Assembly (NCBI GenBank): GCA_046761065.1 | Contig: JBHIFL010000044.1 | Location: forward strand, 1 to 36,321 | Direction of reading: 5' to 3' | Length of the DNA stretch: 36,321 nucleotides | Source: Candidatus Heimdallarchaeota archaeon | Lineage (GTDB): Archaea > Asgardarchaeota > Wukongarchaeia > Wukongarchaeales > JBHIFL01 | Shown here: positions 19,641 to 28,681 of the stretch, one piece after another | How positions within the stretch are numbered: the stretch's first letter is position 1 | Layout: each line of letters starts with the position of its first letter | Notes under the pieces: generated by a model | Seen by the model: the letters and a program-made list of their open reading frames with translations, nothing else | Told to the model about the DNA's origin: nothing | Database searches by the model: none | Program-made: the position numbers and the translations under genes

Positions 19641-21293
19641 GTGATATTCGAACCGAAAATTGTTGCATTTTGTTGTAACTGGTGTAGCTACGCCGGAGCC
19701 GATCTAGCTGGGGTAAGCCGATTCCAATATGCACCCAACACTCGACTCATCCGGATCATGTGCTCAGCTAGGGTTGAGCCCTCCTTCATCCTGGACGCCT
19801 TCAATTATGGTGCAGATGGTGTTCTTGTGACAGGCTGTCATATTGGAGATTGTCACTATATTAATGGAAACGAAAGAACCCGCGATCGTATTGATAATAC
19901 CCATAAAATCCTCCATGTTCTAGGTTTGGAACCAGACCGCTTAAGATTGGAGTGGATCTCCGCTTCCGAAGGGCAACGATTTGCCCAATTAATGAATGAA
20001 TTTGTGGATCAAATCCACGCATTAGGACCAAGCCCTCTGAAACAAAATGCCTTAACAAAACCGAATTCCCCGGAACCCGTTCAATTAGATTGCATTGTGT
20101 CAGAAACTGGAACGCATTATTGCTTAGAATGTCGAAAATGCTCCGCCGTGTGCCCAATTGAAAACACATGGCCAAAATTCTCACCCAGTATTTTGGTTGA
20201 AAAGGCTCTTTTAGGATATGAGGCAGACTTACTGACTGGAAGAGAAATTTGGTCTTGCTTAACGTGTGATATGTGTTCCAAATACTGTCCATCCACGGTG
20301 TTCTTTCCTACTTTCATTCAAAAGTTGAGAGAACAAGCCCATCTAAAAGGACATGACGGGACCTGTGCCCATGGTGGAATGATGCACGCCATAACTAAAA
20401 TGATGACTTACGCAGGTCTTAGGCAAAATAGGGTGGAGGAGATCATCAATGGTCATGCTTCAACTCTACAGATCACAGATAAGGGAGATATTCTGTACTT
20501 TACGGGCTGTCTCCCCTATTTTCACTATATGTTCAAGGATACAGGCATCGAGACCCCTTATGCGCACATTGCGGATCAGTCACCTCTCATTGCACAAAGT
20601 ACCATCGCTATTTTGAATAAAGCCGGTATTAAACCAGTTTTAATGCCTCAAGAACGATGTTGTGGCCACGATGCGTATTGGAACGGAGATACCAAGACAT
20701 TTGAGAAGTTGGCACGACTGAATATGGCCGCAATCGAGCATACTGGAGCGAAAAAAGTCCTTTTTTCGTGCCCTGAAGGGCTTTTCATATTTAAAGCGGT
20801 TTATCCAAAAGTTGTGGGTGAGTTGCCCTTTGACGTGGTTCACCTCTCAGAGTTCTATAACAAGCTCATACAAGAGCGACAACTTGTATTCCCCCAAGCG
20901 AATGGGGAGGTTGTGGCCGTATATCAAGATCCTTGCAGATTAGGGAGGCAATTAGGTATTTACGATGCCCCGAGAGAGGTTTTACGCTCTATTCCGGGGT
21001 TGAAACTCCTCGAGTTTAAGGACAACAGGGAGGATGCCATTTGTTGTGGCGGAGCTAACGGGTGGATCGGTTGTGGGGCATACTCCAAGCGGATTCAGGA
21101 GGATAAACTCTATTATCTCAAGGAAGTTGATGCGAATCTGCTTGTCACAGCTTGTCCGAAGTGCTTAATCCACTTAAATTGCGGATTAAGTGAAAAACTT
21201 CCTGAAGATTTAGCAACGGGAGAAGTAGCAGTCATGGATATTTCTGTTCTGCTTGCAAGAGCATTAGATGGTGGAGGCTTGATTGATGGTTGA
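19641..21293 (+). CDS. MvhD-HdrC-like ferredoxin-2xCCG (HdrD/GlpC-like) fusion protein
   Basis: GTG start at 19641 after GAGGGG. MvhD motifs CCNWCSYAGAD..GCHIGDCHY..WISASEG, then CLECRKCSAVCP/CLTCDMCSKYCP, then two CCG domains (ERCCG; DPC..ICCGG..TACPKC). Confidence 0.88.
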   Translation: MIFEPKIVAFCCNWCSYAGADLAGVSRFQYAPNTRLIRIMCSARVEPSFILDAFNYGADGVLVTGCHIGDCHYINGNERTRDRIDNTHKILHVLGLEPDRLRLEWISASEGQRFAQLMNEFVDQIHALGPSPLKQNALTKPNSPEPVQLDCIVSETGTHYCLECRKCSAVCPIENTWPKFSPSILVEKALLGYEADLLTGREIWSCLTCDMCSKYCPSTVFFPTFIQKLREQAHLKGHDGTCAHGGMMHAITKMMTYAGLRQNRVEEIINGHASTLQITDKGDILYFTGCLPYFHYMFKDTGIETPYAHIADQSPLIAQSTIAILNKAGIKPVLMPQERCCGHDAYWNGDTKTFEKLARLNMAAIEHTGAKKVLFSCPEGLFIFKAVYPKVVGELPFDVVHLSEFYNKLIQERQLVFPQANGEVVAVYQDPCRLGRQLGIYDAPREVLRSIPGLKLLEFKDNREDAICCGGANGWIGCGAYSKRIQEDKLYYLKEVDANLLVTACPKCLIHLNCGLSEKLPEDLATGEVAVMDISVLLARALDGGGLIDG

Positions 21294-22584
21294 AGATGTT
21301 CTCATCATCGGAGGAGGCGTAGCAGGGATCCAGGCAGCACTCGATCTTGCAGACCGCGGATTACATGTCTATATGGTGGAAAAGGAACCCTCCATTGGGG
21401 GCACCATGGCCCTCCTCGACAAGACGTTTCCCACGAATGACTGTTCCATTTGTATCTTAGCGCCAAAAATGAACGACTGTGCTCAGCACTCAAACATTGA
21501 AATTTTGGATTTTTCCGAAGTTGTTGGGTTGACTGGGGGGCCAGGAGATTTCCAAGTAACCGTTCGGCGGAAAGCACGCTATGTTGATCCAGTGAAGTGT
21601 AATGGCTGCGGAGTATGTTTTGAAGTCTGTCCAGTGCATTTACCAAACAAGTTCGACCAGAATATGGCCCCTCGAGGAGCGATCTACAAGCCATTTCCTC
21701 AAGCAGTTCCCAACTTAGCCCTTATAGACCGCGAACATTGCATTGATTGTGGGCTGTGTAAAAAATATTGTGAGGCTGAAGCGATTAATTTCGAGGACAA
21801 GGATAAAGAAGTGATCTTAAACGTTGGAGCTCTTATCGTTGCGACCGGATTAACCGTTCGTCGGCCGCAAGAACTCAAGGAGTATGGGTATGGGAAATAT
21901 TTGAATGTCTACACTGGAATGGAGTATGAGCGACTAATCTGCGCGGCAGGCCCCACACACGGGCACCTCCAGTCTGCTCCAGATAACAGACGCCCAAAAA
22001 AGCTTGCAATTATCCAGTGTGTCGGGATCCGTGACACTCGGATGGATTGTCCATATTGCGCGAGTGTATGTTGCATGTACGCGACGAAGAGTGCTATGCT
22101 GGCCTTCGAACACTACAATGATATTGAATCATACATCTTCTATACCGATTTACGAGCGTTTAGTAAAATTTCCTACGAATATACTCAGCGAGCCGAAGCC
22201 GAGTACAACGTCACGTACATCAACGCAAAACCAGGAAGAATCAGGGAACACCCGGAAACCAAGAACTTGATCATCTCCTATGTTGACAATACGTCTCCCG
22301 AAGTTAAGGAGCTAGAGGTTGAGATGGTACTACTTGCAATGGCAATCGAGCCAGTTGAGGGGACTAAAGAGTTGGTACAGGTACTGGGGATTGAAACCGA
22401 TGAATATGGATTCATCCGTGTCCCCGATCCCAATATGAGGCCCGTAGACACTTCGCGTGAGGGTGTGTTTGTCGCAGGATATTGTGAGGGGCCCAAAGAT
22501 ATCACAGAATCGGTGGCCCAAGCCTCCGGGGCGGCCGCAAAAGCTGCAGAGATCATTGCGCAATACGGAGTTCCGGGTGCTTAA
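21283..22584 (+). CDS. hdrA: HdrA-like subunit (HdrA' module; QmoA-like with inserted ferredoxin)
   Basis: GGGVAG, DKTFPTNDCSICILAPKM, 2x[4Fe-4S], QCVGIR..CASVCC and GPKDITESVAQASGAAAKA. Paralog of the N-terminal half of the 1020-aa protein. Confidence 0.9.
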   Translation: MMVEDVLIIGGGVAGIQAALDLADRGLHVYMVEKEPSIGGTMALLDKTFPTNDCSICILAPKMNDCAQHSNIEILDFSEVVGLTGGPGDFQVTVRRKARYVDPVKCNGCGVCFEVCPVHLPNKFDQNMAPRGAIYKPFPQAVPNLALIDREHCIDCGLCKKYCEAEAINFEDKDKEVILNVGALIVATGLTVRRPQELKEYGYGKYLNVYTGMEYERLICAAGPTHGHLQSAPDNRRPKKLAIIQCVGIRDTRMDCPYCASVCCMYATKSAMLAFEHYNDIESYIFYTDLRAFSKISYEYTQRAEAEYNVTYINAKPGRIREHPETKNLIISYVDNTSPEVKELEVEMVLLAMAIEPVEGTKELVQVLGIETDEYGFIRVPDPNMRPVDTSREGVFVAGYCEGPKDITESVAQASGAAAKAAEIIAQYGVPGA

Positions 22585-22595
22585 GGGGATGTAAG

Positions 22596-24737
22596 ATGAC
22601 CACGAATTCCGAATTCGACACGAATTTTGAACGCCACAAAGAACTAAGGATCGGGGTATTTGTCTGCTATTGCGGAGTCAATATTGGCGGATTTCTTGAC
22701 GTCCCGGCAGTCTGTGAATACGCCAAGACTCTCCCAGATGTTGTTTTTGTGCAAGATAATCTTTACACATGTTCGGATGCTGGGCTTACAGAAATTCGAG
22801 AGGCCATCAAAACGCATCGCCTCAACAGGGTTGTGGTCGCCTCCTGTACCCCTGCTACTCACGAACCATTATTCAGAAGGGCGTGTGAAGCAGAAGGGTT
22901 GAATGAATACCTCTTCGAAATGGCCAACATAAGAGACCAATGTAGCTGGGTTCACCAAAAGGAACCAGAAAAAGCCACAGAAAAAGCAAAAGATCTAGTC
23001 AAGATGGCCGTTGCTAGAGCTCGACTTCTAGAACCCTTAAAAAGGATGCGAGTAGATGTTGAAAGGGCAGTATTAGTCATAGGGGGTGGAGTGGCAGGGC
23101 TTACGGCTGCCAGAAGTCTGGCAAACCAAGGATTTCCGGTCGCGCTTGTGGAGAAGAACACTCAATTGGGGGGAATGCTGAACCAATTGTTTAAGGTGTA
23201 TCCGAGTGACCGGGATGCCCAAGAGCTTCTGCGACCCCTAGTTGAGGAAGTATTGGTTCATCCATTAATCACCACATACACCAACGCTACGGTTCAAGAG
23301 GTCAAAGGTTACATCGGCAATTTTGAGATCACAATCGCTTCAGGTGAGAAGGAGGAAATTAAACATACAGTTGGTTCCATCATCGTCGCTACAGGCGCGA
23401 CAAATTATGAGCCGCTTGGCTTATATGGCTATGGGGAATTTGGTAATGTTCTAACCCAGGTGGAGCTGGAAGCCCAATTCAAAGATAAAACATTTCAACT
23501 GGATCAACCCGGAATAGTCCCCATGATTCAATGCGTTGGCGCTCGGGGGCAGGACCTGCCATATTGTTCAAGGATATGCTGCCTGACAGCAATAAAAAAT
23601 GCGAAAGTGATAAAACAAGCTTTCCCTGAAACTTCAGTTTATATTCTGCATAAAGGTATTCAGACATACGGAGCACGATACGAAGAATATTACCAAAAGG
23701 CGAGAGAACTCGGAATTCGCTTTATAAAGCTCGATAAGGACGTAATTCCAGAAGTGAAGCAAGAAAACGGAAAATTAAGGGTCACCTTTCATCACCGCGC
23801 GTTGGATCGGATTGTTGAACTTGATTCAGACTATGTGATTCTATCAACTCCTCTGATTCAGGTATCAGATGCGAAAGAATTATCCCAAATGCTTAAGGTA
23901 CCACTAGGGCAGGATCAGTTTTATTTCGAAGCCCATTCAAAACTACGTCCCTTGGACTTTGCATCCGATGGGATTCACTTGTGCGGGACCGCGCGGGCGC
24001 CGGTCAACATCTATGAGACCACCTTTCAAGCCCTTGGCGCGGCGTCGCGCGCTGCGATCCCACTAGCAAAGGGATTTGTCGAGTCAGAACCTATCACGTC
24101 TCAGATCGATCCGGAAATCTGCAATGGTTGCGGGAGATGTGTGAAAATCTGCCCATTCGGGGCAATTTCCCTAGGGGAGATGGGTGAAGGCGAAAAACCA
24201 AAGGCCCAAACGAACGAAGTGTTGTGCAAAGGCTGTGGGTCTTGCGCAGCTGATTGTCCCCAAGGGGCCATCGAAATGCGACATTTTACTGATCCCCAGA
24301 TCGAAGCGCAGATCGAAGCGGCCCTCGAAGAGAACCCCGAAGATAAAATCCTTGCCATCTTCTGTAGGTGGTGCAGCTATGCCGGTGCGGACAATGCAGG
24401 AGTTAGCCGCTATCAATATCCCACAAATGTCCGTATCGTCCGCGTGATGTGTACTGGGCGTGTGCACGTAAAATTTGTGGAAAAAGCATTTGATTTAGGG
24501 GCCGGAATGGTCATTGTCTCGGGTTGTCATCCCGCAGATTGTCACTACATCAACGGGAATGCTCATATGGCCAAGCGGGAGAAGCGGATTCGCCGAATGC
24601 TAGAAAAGAAAAATATCAACCAAGATCGGTTCAAACTCCTCTGGATTGCCGCTTCAGAAGGCCAAAAAGTGCAACAGACAATCATTGAGGCGGTCGAAAC
24701 GCTTCAGAGACTGAAACCCGAAATCTTGGCTTCATAA
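22596..24737 (+). CDS. hdrA: HdrA''-MvhD fusion (QmoB-like)
   Basis: RIGVFVCYCG, NIRDQCSWVH, GGGVAG, a C-terminal ferredoxin, then MvhD motifs FCRWCSYAGAD..RVMCTGR..GCHPADCHY..WIAASEG. Confidence 0.9.
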   Translation: MTTNSEFDTNFERHKELRIGVFVCYCGVNIGGFLDVPAVCEYAKTLPDVVFVQDNLYTCSDAGLTEIREAIKTHRLNRVVVASCTPATHEPLFRRACEAEGLNEYLFEMANIRDQCSWVHQKEPEKATEKAKDLVKMAVARARLLEPLKRMRVDVERAVLVIGGGVAGLTAARSLANQGFPVALVEKNTQLGGMLNQLFKVYPSDRDAQELLRPLVEEVLVHPLITTYTNATVQEVKGYIGNFEITIASGEKEEIKHTVGSIIVATGATNYEPLGLYGYGEFGNVLTQVELEAQFKDKTFQLDQPGIVPMIQCVGARGQDLPYCSRICCLTAIKNAKVIKQAFPETSVYILHKGIQTYGARYEEYYQKARELGIRFIKLDKDVIPEVKQENGKLRVTFHHRALDRIVELDSDYVILSTPLIQVSDAKELSQMLKVPLGQDQFYFEAHSKLRPLDFASDGIHLCGTARAPVNIYETTFQALGAASRAAIPLAKGFVESEPITSQIDPEICNGCGRCVKICPFGAISLGEMGEGEKPKAQTNEVLCKGCGSCAADCPQGAIEMRHFTDPQIEAQIEAALEENPEDKILAIFCRWCSYAGADNAGVSRYQYPTNVRIVRVMCTGRVHVKFVEKAFDLGAGMVIVSGCHPADCHYINGNAHMAKREKRIRRMLEKKNINQDRFKLLWIAASEGQKVQQTIIEAVETLQRLKPEILAS

Positions 24738-24888
24738 AGACACATTATTCTTACTCATAAGACTTATGACTTGATAGCATTCGTTTAAACACCCTAGCCA
24801 TTACTCTCACCCAACTCGGTCATTTACACCCAACATCTGGACACCAAAATCCACTGGAATGATCTGGAAAAATGTGAACTTTACGTTT

Positions 24889-25281
24889 TTATTGTTTCAA
24901 CAGCTTTTCTATCGTTTTGACAAAGTCTTCGGCGTTGTTCACAGTTTCTTCGACTTCACTTTTATTAAATTCCGTGTACACTTCATAGTCGGATTTTTGC
25001 CTTAGATTGAAAGCTTTTCTAAATAATTCTCCATATTTTCGACTTAAATCATTATTTTTGATTATGTGGAGATCGAACATTTGCTGGGTTCCCTTATGGG
25101 TTTTTGCGGTTACGCCTTTCTGGTTGAGTAGAGCTCTTGCCGTGTGGAACATTGCATAGTACGCTCTTGAGACTGAATCTTTGAATTCTCCACTTTTCAG
25201 AAGTAAGTGTGCAGCCCTTAGAGCCTCGTTAGCTCTGTTTAGGGAAGCTTTCACAAACTTTTGAGTAGAATCCTCTGTCAT
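24889..25281 (-). CDS. HEPN domain protein (UPF0332-type)
   Basis: SRAYYAMFH..ALL, KTHKG and LRQKSDY; paired with the upstream MNT. Confidence 0.9.
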   Translation of the reverse strand: MTEDSTQKFVKASLNRANEALRAAHLLLKSGEFKDSVSRAYYAMFHTARALLNQKGVTAKTHKGTQQMFDLHIIKNNDLSRKYGELFRKAFNLRQKSDYEVYTEFNKSEVEETVNNAEDFVKTIEKLLKQ

Positions 25282-25624
25282 AGAAGACTATCCCATCCTT
25301 TAAGACCTCTCGGAGAAAGGGATCTCCCCAGCTTAGGTAGCGCTTGAACTCCTGAGGAGTCATATAAACATGCGAAGTAACGGTACCAAACTCTAAATCG
25401 ACATCGTAGCTTACACTGAGAACTTGGTCACGGATTTCACCCTCGGGGACTATAATTAGCAGATCTATGTCACTTTCTTGTTCTGCTTCGTTCCGTGCAA
25501 CAGACCCGTATAGAACTATAGCTTCTATTCTGTTCTTAATTTCCTCGAGAAGCCGCTCCACAAAACGTTCGACAACCCAACTGTAGTTAACAGCTACCTT
25601 AGACAATGTCACATCCCATCTCAA
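25229..25624 (-). CDS. Minimal nucleotidyltransferase (MNT) antitoxin
   Basis: IVLYGSVARNEAEQESDIDLLII (GS...DxD); overlaps the HEPN gene. Confidence 0.9.
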   Translation of the reverse strand: MRWDVTLSKVAVNYSWVVERFVERLLEEIKNRIEAIVLYGSVARNEAEQESDIDLLIIVPEGEIRDQVLSVSYDVDLEFGTVTSHVYMTPQEFKRYLSWGDPFLREVLKDGIVFYDRGFYSKVCESFPKQS

Positions 25625-26029
25625 ATAAAGTTCAGAAACTCTTTATCTTTTTCCTTAAACAACGTTGATGAACTGCTTCAACTCCTCCTCCATATGTGCG
25701 TTCACCCCGATGCATACATTTACATCTGTCTTCGAAACGGAAAAACACGCTATTGAAGCTACTCGTAGTGGAATTTCAAGCGTCGCTTAGCTCCAGACGA
25801 TTACATGTCCTGAAACTTGTAGTAGCGGCCCTGGGTAGTTATGACACACTTATACACCCTCAATTCATTGTTCCATATACATTTATCAAGTGATCAGCCC
25901 ACCTTCAATTAAAAAAACTTTGTACCCTTCAAGAAATCCGATCAGTAAATTAAAAACTTCCCAGGTAGATTAAATTACATATCCGGGTTAACTCTGATTG
26001 AATACGAATAATTTAACGTCGGGGTAGTT

Positions 26030-26360
26030 ATGAAGAAGGATTTAAGAAAAGACGCGATAAATACCTTTGTACGAAAAGTTAGGAATCACTACCACAATAA
26101 GATAGAACAAATTATTCTTTTTGGCAGCTATACGAGGGGGTGAGGCTAGAGAAGAGAGCGATATCGATTTGCTTGTGATTACCTATGGAAAGCGATTTGA
26201 AACCCAGGAATTCCTCTCAAGGATAGCTATTGACATCCTACTCGAGACTGGGGTATATATCTTAGCAAAAGCAGTGACATCAGAAGAGTATGACTTGATG
26301 AAGGAGTTAAATACTGGATTTTATCAACACCTGACTAGAGAGGGTGTGATGGTTGGATGA
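26030..26360 (+). pseudogene. MNT nucleotidyltransferase with +1 frameshift in a G5 run
   Basis: ATG at 26030 gives MKKDLRKDAINTFVRKV...IILFGSYTRG, which continues in the other frame as EAREESDIDLLVI. The G5 at 26136-26140 would be in frame as G4. Confidence 0.85.
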
Positions 26361-26715
26361 GACAGAGTTACTTCTAAGTGATGCAGAATCTAAGATTAAA
26401 TCTGCGAGAATTCTTTATGAAAATGGCGAGTATAGTGATGCGATAAGCAGGGCCTACTACAGCATGTACTACGCTGCGAGGGAATTGCTCAGTATCAAAA
26501 ATATTTTTCCAAAAACCCATAAGGGCGTTATTAGTCAATTTGGATTAAAGTTTGTAAAAGAAGGAATTATTGAGGACTCCCACCTCAAAGCAATGAGTAC
26601 CGCCAGAGAGAACCGAGAGAGAGCAGAATATGGGATCGGGTATAACTTCACAATAGAAGAGGCAGAGCTCATAATCAACAATGCTCATAGATTTTTAGAA
26701 CAGGTTAAAAAGTGA
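26353..26715 (+). CDS. HEPN domain protein (UPF0332-type)
   Basis: AISRAYYSMYYAARELL, PKTHKGVISQFG and NRERAEY. Confidence 0.9.
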   Translation: MDETELLLSDAESKIKSARILYENGEYSDAISRAYYSMYYAARELLSIKNIFPKTHKGVISQFGLKFVKEGIIEDSHLKAMSTARENRERAEYGIGYNFTIEEAELIINNAHRFLEQVKK

Positions 26716-26792
26716 GAACTTCCTAGAATTAAAATCTATCTTATTCATTTCGAGAAAAACTCGAAGCATCTCCTCTTAAAGAGTGAAGCTAT

Positions 26793-27278
26793 TCAACCAT
26801 GAACTACTAACTTCGCATAAGCTACCCGCTTAGAATCACCTATTGTTGTAGCGGGCTCGAATAAAAGCGCTTTTTTTGGACACCACCGCACACACTCTGG
26901 TATAATGGACGAATCTTTAGAATATCCGCAGAGATCACATAAGATGGGTGTTGGGATGTCATCATGGGTATAAATTGCACCCCAAGGACACGCCCGGACG
27001 CAAGCAAGGCACTTGATACATTTTTCTGGAGAGATTGTGACCACACCAAGATCATCGACAGACATCGCTTCTACTGGACACGCAGCTACACAGGGAGCAT
27101 CTTCACACTGTTTACAAACCGAAGGAGAGTTGAGTCCAGGCTCAGGAAAAAGTGCTGCAATGCGAATAGCCGCTTTTCGAGGATTATTGCTCTTGTAATG
27201 TCGAATAGCGCAGGCCAACTCGCATGTTCTACAACCTGAGCACTCTTCAGCCACAACTGAGATCCGTTTCGGCTTCAA
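26793..27278 (-). CDS. 4x[4Fe-4S] electron-transfer subunit, close paralog of 11924-12421
   Basis: TTG at 27278 after a GGAGGA RBS. Same Cys motifs and long identical stretches (VCKQCEDAPC, CIKCLAC, CVRWCPK). Confidence 0.9.
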   Translation of the reverse strand: MKPKRISVVAEECSGCRTCELACAIRHYKSNNPRKAAIRIAALFPEPGLNSPSVCKQCEDAPCVAACPVEAMSVDDLGVVTISPEKCIKCLACVRACPWGAIYTHDDIPTPILCDLCGYSKDSSIIPECVRWCPKKALLFEPATTIGDSKRVAYAKLVVHG

Positions 27279-27532
27279 TAGCTTGAATCCTCCGTCTATT
27301 AATAGATAAAGGGTCAATTGTTTTTATAATAGTTTCGACTTTAGTGATCTTATATGCGCGGAAATTATTGAATGATATGCTTTAGAAATGAAAGCTTCCT
27401 ATAATCTGCAAATAAAAATTGTGTAAAGAAAGTATGATTCCATAAAGGTTTTTTGGATCACTCCATGCTGGTGCTTTTGGGATTCATAAATAAGTAGGGA
27501 AGATAATCAAGAACATGTAATGGTGATAAACG

Positions 27533-27820
27533 ATGGAAATCTCCATTGGTGAGGTCCAACAAAAAATCATCCCTGTCTTGAAACGACATGGGGTATTGCG
27601 GGCAGCACTGTTCGGCTCTCTAATTAGTGGAAAAATGAAAGAAGACAGTGATATTGACCTTTTAATTGAGCTAGGGCAAGGAAAAAGCCTCCTTGACTTG
27701 GTAGCATTGAAGCTTGAGCTGGAAGAAGTACTTGGAAGGAAAGTTGATGTTGTCGAGTATGTCACCATCCATCCGCTTCTTAAAGAACGAATCCTAAGTG
27801 AACAGGTGCCAGTGTTATGA
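27533..27820 (+). CDS. MNT antitoxin (MntA-like)
   Basis: ALFGS...EDSDIDLLIE...SLLDLVALKLELEEVLGRKVDVV. Confidence 0.92.
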   Translation: MEISIGEVQQKIIPVLKRHGVLRAALFGSLISGKMKEDSDIDLLIELGQGKSLLDLVALKLELEEVLGRKVDVVEYVTIHPLLKERILSEQVPVL

Positions 27821-28158
27821 AACGAGAGATACGGATCTTTATAGAAGATATCATGGAGAGTATTGTGAAAATCGAGGAATATGCACGTAATATTGACCGA
27901 AAAAAGTTTTTCCAAGAAAGTTGGATACAGGATGCTGCTATTCGTAAATTGGAAATCATTGGAGAGGCTGTTGAACACATTCCTGAAGAATTCGGGGCTA
28001 GATGCCCAAATATTCCACGGGTACAGATTGCTGGAATACGGGATGTCCTAATCCATAGATACTTCAGAGTGAATATAAGCCGAGTATGGCTAGTTATAGA
28101 GCAAGATTTGCCAGATCTGAAAACGAAGATTTCACAGATATTAGAAGAAATGGATTGA
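27817..28158 (+). CDS. HepT-like RNase toxin (DUF86)
   Basis: QDAAIRKLEIIGEA and an RX4HXY motif (RDVLIHRY); ATGA overlap with the MNT. Confidence 0.92.
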   Translation: MKREIRIFIEDIMESIVKIEEYARNIDRKKFFQESWIQDAAIRKLEIIGEAVEHIPEEFGARCPNIPRVQIAGIRDVLIHRYFRVNISRVWLVIEQDLPDLKTKISQILEEMD

Positions 28159-28237
28159 TGTCACTAAATCCACTCTTAGATCATTATATTAGTTTTGACT
28201 TGGGGGAATTCTGTGTAAGATTTACGTATGTTGTTCC

Positions 28238-28681
28238 TCATGCAGGTGTAAATTTTGGTAGAGCAATGTCCTTACTGACATCCTCGAAAACCACTTTCAC
28301 AGCCATCCCGACATGGATATCTCCTGGTTCACAGTTGACTATGTTACTCATTATCCTCACCCCTTCTTTCAGCTCAATGATCGAAAGGATGTAGGGCACA
28401 AAGCTTTCAAATTCTCTAATTGGAGAGTGATAAATAATAGTATAAGTGTAGATCGTGCCCTCGCCAGAAGATTCAACCCATTCCAGTTCAGAGGAAAGAC
28501 ATTCTGGACAATAAGCTCTGGGATAGAAAATATGGATCCCACAGTTTTTACACTGCTGGATGAGCAGTTCATGCCGTTTAGCGGCCTCCCAAAACTCTTT
28601 TGTGACTTGTGTTGGCTTTGGTAAAATTTCTTTTATATGGTGAGCGGTTATCTTCGTTACCTCCCGATTATGAGTGTACAA
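28238..28681 (-). CDS. DUF35 Zn-ribbon/OB-fold protein (thiolase partner)
   Basis: FWEAAKRHELLIQQCKNCG..FYPRAYCPEC, GTIYTYT and IELKEGVR; coupled to the thiolase. Start uncertain. Confidence 0.9.
   Translation of the reverse strand: MYTHNREVTKITAHHIKEILPKPTQVTKEFWEAAKRHELLIQQCKNCGIHIFYPRAYCPECLSSELEWVESSGEGTIYTYTIIYHSPIREFESFVPYILSIIELKEGVRIMSNIVNCEPGDIHVGMAVKVVFEDVSKDIALPKFTPA

Noticed and set aside
16567-24737. Selenocysteine-containing HdrA/MvhD, as in some Asgard archaea and Methanococcales
   Set aside because: All usual Sec positions (DCSIC, CNWC/CRWC, GCH) are Cys codons, and the ORFs have no in-frame TGA.
16567-24737. Qmo complex / sulfate reduction or methanogenesis
   Set aside because: No qmoC, aprAB, sat or mcr in the window; the architecture alone does not imply those pathways.
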